A stretch of DNA of 64,000 nucleotides from Marsupella aquatica (Eukaryota > Plantae > Marchantiophyta): the NCBI GenBank assembly GCA_973895155.1, contig OZ316899.1, forward strand, positions 8,249,241 through 8,313,240. Reading direction: 5' to 3'. The notes below the pieces were generated by a model. It was not told the origin of the DNA and did no database searches. It saw only the letters and a program-made list of their open reading frames with translations. Below, piece after piece: positions 13,201 through 24,779 of the stretch. Both the position numbers and the translations under genes were made by a program. How positions within the stretch are numbered: the stretch's first letter is position 1; every line of letters starts with the position of its first letter.

Positions 13201-15006
13201 AGCCCTTGAGCACAAGGAGGCCGAGTTAGGGAAATCCTATCAAGGGATTATTGCGCTGCAGCAGGAGCTTGCGTCCCTGACGGCCAGCTTCAAGGCCGAC
13301 CTGCGTGAGAAGGATGACCAGCTTGACCAGACTTATGCCAAGATGAATAAGATGGAGTCTGAGGTCGTAACGGAGCTCGACAAGGAGCTAAGAGCAACCC
13401 AAGAGGAGAGGGCTACCTTAAAATTGGAATTGGAGGAAGCCAGAAAGGAGCTGCAGGAGGGACGGAAGGACCTGGAGGAAGCCCAGGAGGAGTTGGAGGA
13501 AACCACCAGGAAGATGGAGAACTTACAGCGGCAGGCCGACAACCAAACGGAGCGGCTGAAGAAATAGGCCGCAGTATTTAAGTGCTTAGCTTCATCTGGT
13601 CCAATTCCAATTGTGGAAACTCCGTTACCAGGAGGGGTACTGGCCGAAGGACAAGCCCAGACACACGCCCCGGTGCCGGAGGGTAGCAAGGGGAAGGGAC
13701 CAGCTACCAAAATAGGGAAGAAGAAGAAGCGGAAACCTTCTGGGTCTGGGAGTTATACGGCTTACCAAGCAGTTGTGACCCAGGAGGTCAACCCCGCACC
13801 AACCTCCGGCATGGTCACGACAGTAGATCCACCTATTGAAGAAGGTGGGGATGGCAAGGCCGAGGCCGGGACAGCTATTGATGAAGCCGAGGTACCGGAT
13901 CCTCCACTAGAACATGCCGAGAAGGCCGAAGCCGTATCGAAGGCCGTGACCGATGCTGAGGCCGAAGCCAAGGGTGGACCCAGTCAAGCCGATGAAGAGT
14001 TGACTTGGTCCGGGGCAGGTAATCTGTCAGGGGACGGACCAACGGCAGTGGCTGCGGGGGAAGCGTTGGGAGCGTCCATTGAGGATCCGCCACCGGTGTC
14101 ATGACGGTGCAAGGGCGCCGTTCCTTTTAGGAAGGACGGACGTGGAGGTAGGAGGCGTGAGTGGGCAGGGCGGGCTCAGATCTCCAAGTTTAGGATTAGG
14201 ATCAAGACCAGGAGACGGCCCTTACACTTAGATTAGTGGGATGGCGGATCCACTGGTAGGAGCAACACTTGTGCTCCTGCCTCATTGTACAATTAGGTAG
14301 ATTACAGGTAGGATAGATTAAGCTTACGCAGCGAAGTTCTGGACAGATCCGCTGCCAGGATGAATACCTGGGCAGCGGGGAGTCTAGGGCCTCTTCTTTA
14401 GCAAGTTTTTAGTTGCACCAGCAGGGCTGGGATCAAGTAGTAAGAGAAGCTCTCGGTTAGTTATACAGTGACCCTTGTGTATATTCATGTTTCCTCATGC
14501 CTAAGAACTGAATAGAGTTGGCCTCACGGCTTAGTTCGCAGAGCTTGTGTATGAGATGTACTGTTTGTATGGCAAGTGCATGGTATAACTCAGTCAGAAG
14601 GAGTCATTTTGCTATTTGTGTGTCGCATTAACTTGTGTGAAGAGTGCCCACATCAATGAAGGGAAGTAGCAAGGGAGTGAGAGTTGGATGTGTCGAGCTG
14701 AGAGAGATCTTAGCGGCTTAACCAAGCCAATTGGGGATCATTCCGGCGGTGGAATCCAAACATACCTAATGGAAGACCAGGAGAGGAATACAAGGGAAGG
14801 CCTAGAATAGGCCGGCTAAGTATCTCATGACCCGATGAAGGATCTATCCAGTATATGTGTGTAAAATGTTAATAGTAGCAGAAGGAGAGTTAGTAGCGTC
14901 CCATGCTGCTAAGCCGCGGAAATGGCCTTGTCGAGGACAAAACCTGCGGGAACTGGCTTGAGCAAGGGGGTTTTCTTGGGTTTGGGGAGCAATGGGACGC
15001 ACCACA
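10236..15006 (+). mobile_element. Family-X solo LTR, complete, 4771 bp, protein-coding
   Basis: Starts TGTGATGCC, ends GCACCACA; perfect 5-bp TSD ATACC (10231-10235 and 15007-15011); removing it restores the host integrase frame GTHFLNDT-IARLTERY; the same 3' end is followed by a PBS at 45328. Confidence 0.95.
10350..14104 (+). pseudogene. X-LTR-encoded protein, consensus ~1250 aa: helical N-terminus, plant-transposon/PMD-like domain, long coiled coil, acidic low-complexity tail
   Basis: ORF pieces 10344-11306, 11204-12133, 12686-13018, 13055-13567 and 13613-14104 join into one frame using other copies (e.g. TGA at 12131 is CGA in copy 4 and CAA in copy 3); motif LPW...LLEFVGSWE...RVYGKDFYLTPRVIAKVFGLP. 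Confidence 0.85.
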
Positions 15007-15063
15007 ATACCATAGCACGGCTTACGGAGCGTTACCTAGTCAAGCACTACAAGACTACCCCGT
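15007..15063 (+). pseudogene. 57-bp piece of element A integrase core between two insertions
   Basis: Encodes (D)TIARLTERYLVKHYKTTP, bridging 10235 and 18324. Confidence 0.9.
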
Positions 15064-15922
15064 TGTCGCGAGGACTTAAAGTTAGGGGCTCCTCGGGCAA
15101 ACTATGCATTTCTGGCTGCGATCGGGACAAGTAACAAGCACTTTTCGGAGCGAACTCTCACTCCTTTATATATATATTTTTACTTTTCTCACAAAGGTTA
15201 CAATAGGTGCCCTAGAGTAAGCTTGCCGGCTTGCAAGAGTCTGGTAGTTGGCCCTACGGCGGGCCGCTACCCCTAACTTGTCGAGTAGAACTCCTCGAGT
15301 GACTAACTACTCAAAATCTGACGGAAAAACTATCCTCCTTAGCTCACAAAACCAAAAACTTGACTAGCTACTCCACTAGTCTAAAACAGCTCGCACGGAA
15401 CTCCGGCCTGGACCAACGAGGCTCCAAACTCGAGAAATCCTTGCCTGGATCGACAAGACTCCAAACTTGAGAAATCCTCGCCTGGATAAACGAGACTCCA
15501 GACTCGAGAAATTCCCCGTCTGGATCAAAAACTCCCCACCTGGATCGAAAACTCACTCAGAACTCCAAAACCGCCACACAATAGTCGAGTTCCGCAGAAC
15601 GGAGCGGAACTCACAAAATGCAACTCAACAGATCTCAATAGACAACTGCCAACCTCAATGAGCTGATGCTCAAGTCTTAAGTAGCATCGGAAACCCAACC
15701 ATCCAGCCTGAGCCAACTGCCAGCAGCGAGGCTCATCTAAACTCCAAGTCTGGTGACTCACCCAAACACCAAACCTGGTGACGACGAGTCACCCAATCAC
15801 CAAACCTCAATCCATCCAACCAAGCAACCCCTCCGAGTCAACATGCACGCAACCCAACCGGGAGGCCTTACCCATCATCCCCTATAAAAGCCATTCCTGA
15901 GCCAAAATCTTTCGGCATGACA
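15064..15922 (-). repeat. 3' LTR of element B (contains ~37-bp internal tandem repeats near 15420-15560)
   Basis: Highly similar to 17471-18323; adjacent TCCTCCCCC (15923-15931) is the PPT on the minus strand. Confidence 0.93.
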
Positions 15923-15967
15923 TCCTCCCCCAGTAAACCTGAGCAGCCTCCGGTCTGCTCCAATCGA

Positions 15968-17310
15968 TCAGATTTCCTCTAAGTCTGAGTCCAAACTTGA
16001 GCCATGCGCCTGGGCCACTTCCTCCTCAAGAAACTCAAACCCAAAGCCTTCAGACTCGGCCTTAGGCACTCCACTTTCCAGAAACTCGAAGTCCAACTCA
16101 TCCGAATCAGAACCAGTAAAGCCACTTTCAAAACTCAAGTCCAACGGATGCGCCTGGACTAGTGCCTCGTCTTCAAATTCACTCAAGTCAGACCTTGAGT
16201 CCATTCCCTTCTCGGTCCTCCTCTTGAAGATCTTCACCCTTTTCGCTGCGTAAGGTACTTGGTGAACTGTTCCATCCAACTCCCGAATAGTGTAGGTTGC
16301 ATTCGCATGAATAGCAACCACCACATACGGACCTTGCCACATCCGAGCAAACTTGTTTTGGCTCAAGTGTTGCTCGTCCAACTTACTTTTGTAAACCAGA
16401 ACCCAATCCCCTTCCTTAACCAAGACAGGCCTCAACCGATGAGTCCTGTCGAACCTGCCCTTGTTCCTTAACCTCGCCATCTTCAATTGCTTCCAAGCCA
16501 CCTCAATCTTTGCGGGTAACAAGTTGAAGTGTTCGATCCTTTGAGCAGCAACTCCTCTCTCAAAACTTCATCTTTCCATCCAATCAATTGCCAGCTGCAA
16601 ACATCTTCCTCGAGTGGCATCATCGGCAAGTGCCCAGTAAGTAGCTCAGCCAGAACGTATCCGGTCACTGAGCTACAAGTCATCCGATCCGCTAACAGAG
16701 CAAGTGGAAGGAGACTCGACCACCTGCCCAAGTCCCCATCACAAGCCTTAGCCAAAGTGCCCACAATCTGGATGTGCCCCCTTTCAGATTTCCCAGTCCT
16801 CAACCCTTTCCTATTCCTCCCGTTTCCAGGTAAAATAGCCGGAAATTGAACCACCTCTTTCCCATCTTTGCTCCGAACCTTCACCATGAAGGTAGTATCA
16901 TCCAGAACCTTCGTCTCCATCCTCCATTCAGTGATGAACGGCATTCCCAGTATCACCGGAAATGACAAGTGCTCATGAACAAAAATGTTTCAAGCCTGCT
17001 TGACATTCCCGAACTTCACCATCACATTCGGACATCCGCCCCAAAGATAGTCCTTCATTGAACTCACCGAGTTCACACTCCAAAGCAACTCCTCTTTCAT
17101 CTTTTGGTCAAAGTCATCCCAGCCCTCAGCTGACTCAACGATGGTCCGCACCGTCGAACTCAACTCCTTCTCAACCAGCACCATGAACTCTTTCACGGCC
17201 GTCCCTTTGTCCAACTTGTAGACAGCTGCTTCTGTCAAGTAAGACTTAAGGTAGCTTGTCACATTTCTCCCATCGAACTCCCATTCTCTTTCAGAACCTC
17301 TTGAAGACAC
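15968..17310 (-). pseudogene. Fused gag / protease / integrase remnants of element B
   Basis: FDGRNVTSYL gag-like start; FPVILGMPF protease end; LPLALLADR...TGY and GDWVLV...WQGPYVV integrase C-terminus; no RT or RH. Confidence 0.85.
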
Positions 17311-17451
17311 CGAGTAGTTCTATTCGCTTCCCTGTTTGCCCTTTCCGACTCAAGCTCTTCCTTCCTTATGGTTCTCATCATCGACATGACGATGCTCGAT
17401 ATCCAATTGACTTCATCATAGTCACCCATCTCATCCAATCGCCCCAAGGAA

Positions 17452-17469
17452 TCCCCAGTATGGTCGCCA
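17452..17469 (-). other. Primer-binding site of element B, probably tRNA-Arg
   Basis: Minus strand TGGCGACCATACTGGGGA, 1 nt inside the LTR; resembles the Arg-type TGGCGAC...CTGGGGA PBS. Confidence 0.7.
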
Positions 17470-17470
17470 A

Positions 17471-18323
17471 TGTCGCGAGGACTTAAAGTTAGGGGCTCCT
17501 TGGGAAAACTAGGCATTTTTGGCTGCGATCGGGACAGGTGACAAGCACTTTTCCGAGCGAACTCTCACTCCTTTAAATTCTTTTTTTCTTTTCTCACAAA
17601 GGTTACAATAGGTGCCTTCGAGTAAGCTTGCCCGCAAGAGTCTGGTAGCTGGCCCTACGGCGGGCCGCTACCTCTAACTTATTGAGTAGAACTCTTCGAG
17701 TGACTAACTACTCAAAATCTGACGAAAAAACTATCCTCCTTAGCTCACAAAACCAAAAACTCGACTAGCTACTCTACTAGTCTAAAACAGCTCGCACGGA
17801 ACTCGGGCCTGGACCAACGAGGCTCCAAACTCGAGAAATCCTCGCCTGGATCGACAAGACTCCAAACTTGAGAAATCCCCGCCTAGATCAACAAGACTCC
17901 AGACTCGAGAAATTCCCCACCTGGATCAAAAACTCCCCACCTGGATCAAAAACTCACTCAGAACTCCAAAACCGCCGCACAACAGTCGAGTTCTGCAAAA
18001 CAGAGCGAAACTCACAGAACGCAACTCAACAGATCTCAATAGGCAACCGCCAACCTCAATGAGCCAAGGCTCAAGTCTTAAGTAGCATCGAAAACCCAAC
18101 CATCCAGCCTGAGCCAGCTGCCAGCAGCAAGGTTCATCCAAACTCCAAGCCTGGTGACTCACCCAAACACCAAACCTGGTGATGATGAGTCACCCAATCA
18201 CCAAACCTCAATCCATCCAACCAAGCAGCCCCTCCAAGTCAGCATGCACGCAACCCAACCGGGAGGCCTCGCCCATCATCCCCTATAAAAGCCATTCCTG
18301 AGCCAAAATCTTTTGGCACGACA
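17471..18323 (-). repeat. 5' LTR of element B
   Basis: Direct repeat of 15064-15922 with TG/CA ends, adjacent to the PBS. Confidence 0.93.
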
Positions 18324-18950
18324 CCGTATCATCCTAAAGCCAACGGGCTGATGGAGAGAGCCAACGATATCATAGGGAAGATCCTCAACAAGACGGTAGC
18401 CGCGCACAAAACGGATTGGGATGATAAGTTGTACGCAGTGGTGTACTCATATAATCTAGCTTACAAGACTACTACAAGTCACAACCCGTACTTTCTCAAG
18501 TTCGGCCAACATTCGTTGGTCCCCATTGAGTTCGAAGTACACACTCCACGAGTCAGCATTTGAGATCGCTTACCCAAACCCGAAAGTTTGTCAGACCGAG
18601 CTTATCAGATTGAAGCCTTAGAAGAGGCATGACTACTGGCAGCTTGACACACCGTGAAGCAACAGGCAGCTTCCAAGAAGCAGCACAACAAAGGACTATG
18701 GAAGATCGACATTGTGATGGGCGATCTAGTCCTGCTGTACGATAGTAGGTACATGCAATTTCCGAGGAAGCTTCATACCCGTTGGTTAGGGCCTTTCCTA
18801 GTCAATCAAATCTACCCTAACGGATCTTTGGAACTTGCAACATACGCCGATGATTTACTCCCCACGCGAGTCAATTACAATTGTGTGAAGAAGTACTACC
18901 ATTTAGATGACGATGCCAATAGTGATGTTTGCGAGGACGCTTCACAATTA
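18324..18950 (+). pseudogene. Integrase C-terminal half of element A (no chromodomain)
   Basis: YHPKANGLMERAN...DWDDKL, GDLVLLYDSR...KLHTRWLGPF (GPY/F module). Confidence 0.92.
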
Positions 18951-18962
18951 AGTAGGGAGCTA

Positions 18963-21818
18963 TGTGATGCCGCTGGTACAGTGGGTAATGAGTGATTTGG
19001 CCTAACGACGCTTAGCACGCACGTTAGGGGTATCTTAGGCCGTAATTATTAGCATAACGACAGTATTTAGATAGCCATTATGAGTAGGAAATCATTAGTC
19101 AATAAGGGGCGTTCATGTTCGGGCTGGTGGCGGGTCGCCATTCGCACGCCCGGGTTGCGAGCGTGTAATGGGCCCTCCACTCTTTCCCCTTGGGTCCGTA
19201 TAACAAAAATTGGGAGGCGGCCACTGACATGCGCTGACCCGGAGTGGCCGATACACTACGAGCATGAAAGGCTCGGCCTATAAGCAACAAGGAGGCGACA
19301 AGCGATCGACAAGCTCTCAGGGTATAAAAAGGGGGCCGATCCTTTGTAGTGCACCAGTTCTTCAGCCCACGCGCCAGCTTCGACCCCAGTTCTCTTGCTT
19401 ATCCTTAGTTGCCTTCCATCTCCTCTGAATGTCGGACACGATCCTTTCCAGTTTGGCCATACAATTTTGGACGCAATTCCTGTCTATCGGAGGGCACTTG
19501 GCCGACTCGTTGAAACACACCAACCCGTGACAATATAAGATTGAACGCGAGTACGAGAGAGCCATCCGCCTAGCAGGCCGCCATCACTATCTCCTTATTA
19601 CTTTGATTACCCATCCCAGATTGAGCTTTACCAACCCAAAGAAATATCAGGGTACTTTGATGGAGGCAAATATATCGGCTTCTGGGAGGCATTGCTTTGG
19701 CTCCCGGACGAGGTCTTCAATATCTCAGGCACGATCAACTTACAGCAGCACCATTTTGACCACATCCCCGCTCGGGTCTGGGACATCATCAACAGCAAGT
19801 CCAGCGCTACCCGATCTACAAGGGCGTCTACACTTGCATCAGAAAACCTCTACCGGCACCTACAAAATTTCATGGCAACCACACCATCGACCACCGGTGC
19901 CAGCCCAGCCGTGCCCGCACCAGCACCAGCTCAGGCTTAGGCTCCGCCTGAGCTTAGCCAACCCCCGCCACCAGTGGCCCCGCCCCTACAGGTGAGATCG
20001 GTCATCAACGCTGTGGACCTCAGCAACGACAAAGAGGCTACCTTACCCTTGCTCAGGCGGCCTAGAGGAGAAAGTACCCAGGGAGCCGGCACTACATCGC
20101 CCCTTCCCCAGGCCCGGACCAGAGTAGCGGCTCCAGAGGACAACACGGTGACCGTAGCCGCCCCGGCCCCAATACTAATGGCGGTGGCACTACCTACACC
20201 CGATCGAGAGGATGGGGAGGTGTCACCCTCCCCGAGCCAGTCTCGGGGAAAGAAGAGGAAGGAACTCGCAGCTATATCTGGGCTACCCATGGCCACGGTA
20301 GCCGCGGCCAAGGTAACAATGCACCGCATGGGGAAAAAGGTGCATAAGAACATCCTCCACCCCAAACATGCGGTGTACTCGAAGACTCAAGGGTTCAAGC
20401 ACCTCGCCTCCCTCCCCTGGAACACCTGCAGATCTACGAGGAGGACATGACGGAGTCGTCAAGAATTATGACAACGTCCGTCAGCATACTTGGCTGCGGG
20501 GGAGGAATATGTCCCTCACAGAGGAGCGGCTCAGGATGATCTTTGGGCTACCCGAGGGCGATCACCGAGTCGAGTCACGAGCTCCCGAGGGCAAGGGAGC
20601 CAAGTACCAATCCTTGAGTTTTCCCTCCGGGGGGTCAGTGGACAACGGGTTCGTGATGAGGACCTGCCTCATCCCCGAGATAGTTGAGCGACTGGAGTTC
20701 CAGAGGTACGCCCTCCACATGATGGAACCCCGGGGCGAGATCTCCGCTGCCCAGGTTATCCAGGTCAAGAACTATCGACCTAGGAAGTGGGCTTCGTACT
20801 TCGCTAAGAAGTTCCATGAAGAGATGGAGCGGCGAAGGAAGTCGCTATACATTGGCGAGAAGGCATATTTTGGGAGCCACATCGAGATCATTCTCGAGTG
20901 GTACGCCCGGTTTGATCGACGAACCCTTCCCCGGGTCAACGTAACTAAGTTGGTCCCGACTAAGTGGATCTTCCCGGCCTTGGAGAGACGGCCTCAACCC
21001 GAGGCCTGAAGTCTGGCGGCGACGCAGGCCTCACCCATCCAACCTCCACAGGTAGCGGTAGCCGTGGCCGAAGAAGTACCGGAAGAGGTAGTGATTGCAA
21101 CCTTAGACGCGATCAACCAGGCCGGGCCTGGTGCAGAAGTTGGGGCGGTGGAGGCCTTGCCCAAGCCCGAGGGTCCAGAAGACCCACTAGTGGCTATTCC
21201 AGAGGACGGCCCGATGGTGGAGGAGGACACTCCAGCCCCTTCCAATACTACATCCCCAGGGCTGGATGTCACTACCCCGGCTCCCACGCGAGTTAACGTC
21301 TGCCCGTGCCCAACTCCAGACGGGCATAACCTGGACCACCCGGAACTCTTCGTATCGAGTACATTTCTAAGTGGGCTTTTGGGTTCTCCTTAATTCCTTA
21401 ATTCCTTTGTGTAAATTGAGATTTCTGTTATGTATGTATGCATGTATGAGTCTCGTGTGCAAGTATCAATGTCGGGCTGAACACGTTATGCCAACCGTGC
21501 ACGGGGTGCAGGATACGGGTATGGGGTTGCAAGCCCGAGTTGAACTCTTGTACTAACGGATCCGGATCAAAGGCGGTAACATGAAGGCTTAGAAGTCCGT
21601 GAGCCGGGGTCGACCCCGTGTCGACTAAGGTATGTTCCGGCGGTGGAACACAAACTATACTTAGGAGGTGTCTGTACATAACAGTAAGCGCACTTAGCGC
21701 TAGTTTACGTGAATTAGGAGCATTTTGTGCGTCCCTCCCTGTCCGAACCCTCATATTCACAAAGGATGTGCCTGTCTAAGCCAAAGCCTGGGTTAAGGCC
21801 TAGGCTGACGACGTGACA
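18963..21818 (+). repeat. 3' LTR of element A, 2856 bp, with a probable internal deletion near 21384
   Basis: Begins TGTGATGCC (same 9 nt as the X LTR) 2 nt after purine-rich AAGTAGGGAGC; TATAAAAAGGGGG at ~19323; ends GACGTGACA like the 5' LTR. Confidence 0.8.
19429..21300 (+). pseudogene. Protein encoded inside element A's LTR; diverged homologue of the X-LTR protein
   Basis: LPW...WLRGRNMSLTEERLRMIFGLPEG...DNGFVMRTCLIPEIVERLEFQRYALHMMEPRGEISAAQV aligns by eye with X LPW...RVYGKDFYLTPRVIAKVFGLPMG...KNGFFRNTCTNPHIGEMIDFLRVTMHCNLPRAEIGKAQV; start position uncertain. Confidence 0.8.
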
Positions 21819-23646
21819 GCATCATCGATTCCAGTCACGGTACTCCATATACCATGGGCAGTTTTGACGTTCCCAATCGTAGACTACTCTGCCATTAGGA
21901 ACTTGGCCATCACATGGATACATGCTAAGGCTCCCTTTCGGCTCCATCCAAGATGTGAGTGCCCATGGCAGCTCTTTCAATACGGATGCATTCATGTTCT
22001 CCTGATTGATTAGAAATCTTGTCACGCACCTCTTTATGTCAATTCAAATTTCCCCGCCTAGTTTCAGTGATTTCTCTTGCACATAAGCTCAATAAAGCCT
22101 TCTGTAGAGCTTTGCAAATCCTCTATCCCGGAAAACTCACGGTACATCTGTGTTTGGTAGGCCTTTGCAGCAAAATCGGTCAAAATCACACAACCAACGT
22201 GGTCAATGTAACACCACATTGACCAGACCGCTAACCAGGATCTAATTGCAGCATCACCATTGCTACGTGGATGGTGATACATACTCTTCTCCTCCTTCGT
22301 TCCAAAATGAGCTTTCAATAGCTTTACTCTGCACTCTGTAGTTACCCAAGCCCCAGCAAACAAGCGGACCCTATCCAAGCCAACCTGTACATTCATCACA
22401 TCCTGCTTGGCATCCTTTGACAACTTGTGATACAGCTGCCGACATACCGGCATGAACTGGTCTCCATTGGCCGGATTCACGTAGGCTGGAAGCTTGGGGA
22501 AATTGTTGTCCCAGGCCTTGCATGCAACAATAATCATTGCCTCCGTCTCCTCCTCAGTTCTCTTCACACTCCACGGGTGCCCATGAGCTGCGTCTTGTGC
22601 CATCTCCTTGGAGATATTGATTTGTTCCGCTTCAATGTTTGACCAAGACATGATGTACATAGCGGCTTCTTTTGTCATATTCTTCGAGTACCAAGTCTTC
22701 CCATGTCCTCAATTTTGGGCCTTCATGAAAGTCTCCATTGTCTCCTTTGACATGAGCAAACTGTACTCCTCCAATGGAGTGTTCAATAGCTTTGCAACCC
22801 GATCAGCGTCATTAAACCAGGACGTCTTCACGACAGTCGCACTTATCCTGAAAATGACAAACAGTACTCATAGCGGCAATTTCAAAGAGGCTCCCCAAGA
22901 TGGCACACAAGGTTTACACAAATGGGTAATCACATTTTGCAAAAAGACGCAAATGAGAGTACTTACGAGTTGAGAGTGTGCATTGCTTGCTCAACCTTCT
23001 TGAATCCGTCACACGGATGGTATTGCAATTGATCTGGATACTCATAAGCAACTGCGGACCAGGCTGTGTATCTGTGGTTTCCATCAAAAACCCAAAACAT
23101 CTTGTCCTTAAGGACTTTGAACTCCTCTAATGTATCGCACTCTTGCTCAAATTGTTCATTGAGCTGAGTCCATAGAGGGTCCCAAAATGGCTTGAAGTCT
23201 GTCACTGTCTGCGTTTCTCCAATTTCATTGAACTCAGTAATGTGGAACTCGTTGAGCTTCACAACATAGTCGCTCTCTTTGAATCCTTTTTTTAATTTTG
23301 CAACCAACTCATCCTGAAGATTCCTCACTGCCTCCATTGGCATGAGCCGGCACAAGGGGATCCAGGGCGGATCCTTACTAAACTTTGTCTCATACTTGGA
23401 GATGATTGACTCCCAGGCTCCCTTCTTAGCAATATCAGCCAATTCCGTCGCTCCAGTAGGCTCAAATGATATCTGCTTTGGCTCAAACTTCCTCCTGGAG
23501 TTGACTGACTCCATAAGTGGACCACCCTGTGAGCACGTCAGTCAAGACATGACTGGCGAAGGAGACTTGGATCATGGTTTCTTACTCCGCTGAGAAGTTT
23601 GGCTGTCGGCAGGTCCAGCTCCAGTCGAGTCTTTCCTCTTCGGCAT
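21819..23646 (-). pseudogene. ParB/sulfiredoxin-like domain gene, copy 1 (intron 22848-22966), truncated by element A
   Basis: IPLCRL...VRNLQDELVAKLKKGF...FWVFDGNHRYTAW; GT-AG phase-2 intron; homologous along its length to 37531-41548. Confidence 0.75.
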
Positions 23647-24692
23647 TTTGACCTTAGATTACATGAGAAATAAAAGAGTTATTACTCGACAATAGCTGGA
23701 CCTATAAACCTGACAAGATCTCAACGAGCCCCGCCGAGAGAGCCAGTTTACAAGGATACGCGGGGTCCAGCCTCTCACACATTTGATTCATCTACAAATG
23801 GATTTGACATATCAAAAAAAGGGGGAGCCAAGAGAAAAACCTCAGAGAATCACCAACGCTCACTGAAAATCACTATCGCAAATGCTCACAAAAAATTGTT
23901 GTTGCAAATGCTCACGGAGAAGCGTCCACTAGCTCATTGCCTCAAAACACCAATGCAATCGAGTAGACATGATAACAGGGTTGCACAGGAGAGTTTACCG
24001 TGAGTGGGACGACTGAAGAAGAGCAAGAACAACGCGGATGTGAGTGCGGAGAAGTGAGAGATTGCACAAACCAATATGCGAAGATTGAGGAAGAGTGCGG
24101 ATTAGAGCGCAAACGAGTAAGGGATTGCGCAGAAGAGTGAGGCAGAGTGAGAAGGTTCTAGGATTAGTGATAAAGACGAGCGCCAAACCTAAGGTCACAC
24201 CGTGGAAGAGTGACGAGGAAGGAACGACATCCACTTCAAGGAATAACGTACCGCAGGTACTGCACAACACTAAAGTACGCAATAGATACGGGAGATCCTA
24301 ACTATACTTCAATACGTACATGTTGTTAACGGCCCAAACAAGAAAGTACACAATGCTAACGCGAGTATTGACCACCACTAGTACGAGAGAGTTTAGGATA
24401 CATTTAGGGTACAATTAGGGACTTCGGCCTACAACTCAAACGAGTCCGAATCTAGGAGACCCTTGCCGTCATTTCATTCTGAGGCCTACTAAGACGTGTC
24501 AACATCTCGGTGCCTCAGCTCAAAGAGGAAATGGTTGCCCACATGCATTATCATTTGGGTGGCTTAACTAAAAGAGGAAATTGGGGTTAAGAGAAGGGGG
24601 AAGAGCACAAGTCGACAAGATCAAGGAGGGTTTGTTGGAGGAGACTTAATAAATGCGGCCAATTATGTTTAGGGTTTTGTTTTAGTAAAGAA

Positions 24693-24713
24693 TTTAGGGT
24701 TTAGGGTTTAGGG
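24693..24713 (+). repeat. Interstitial plant telomeric motif (TTTAGGG)3
   Basis: Three exact copies. Confidence 0.85.
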
Positions 24714-24779
24714 TAAAATATGAGAAGTAGAAAAAAGTCCAACACTCTAGTGAACTTCATGGTAGAAAAGTACGCCTCT

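Larger units (their letters stand above)
15064..18323 (-). mobile_element. Internally deleted (non-autonomous) Ty3/Gypsy element B, 3260 bp
   Basis: Two ~855-bp LTRs TGTCG...GACA; 4-bp TSD CCGT (15060-15063 and 18324-18327); removal restores host KTTPYHPKANG; PBS and PPT in minus orientation; only gag, protease and integrase C-terminal fragments remain. Confidence 0.93.
1846..21818 (+). mobile_element. Ty3/Gypsy LTR retrotransposon A (non-chromovirus, Athila-like RT), degenerate, with nested insertions; true 5' end outside the window
   Basis: LTR ends ...GTGACA at 4828 and 21818 share ~430 bp (4402-4828 vs ~21384-21818); PBS at 4841; gag with three CCHC knuckles; order PR-RT-RH-INT; purine tract before TG at 18963. 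Confidence 0.92.

Noticed and set aside
11204-14104. LTR ORF as a retroviral env
   Set aside because: No signal peptide or hydrophobic transmembrane segment is visible in the sense translation
10236-15006. X as a host SMC/myosin-like gene or a TIR DNA transposon
   Set aside because: TG...CA ends, a 5-bp TSD, no long TIRs, no introns, and adjacency to PBS-gag in copy 4 identify it as an LTR; coiled-coil similarity is compositional
22963-23514. Bacterial plasmid or phage parB contamination
   Set aside because: Conserved spliceosomal intron in both paralogues and plant retrotransposons inserted directly in them
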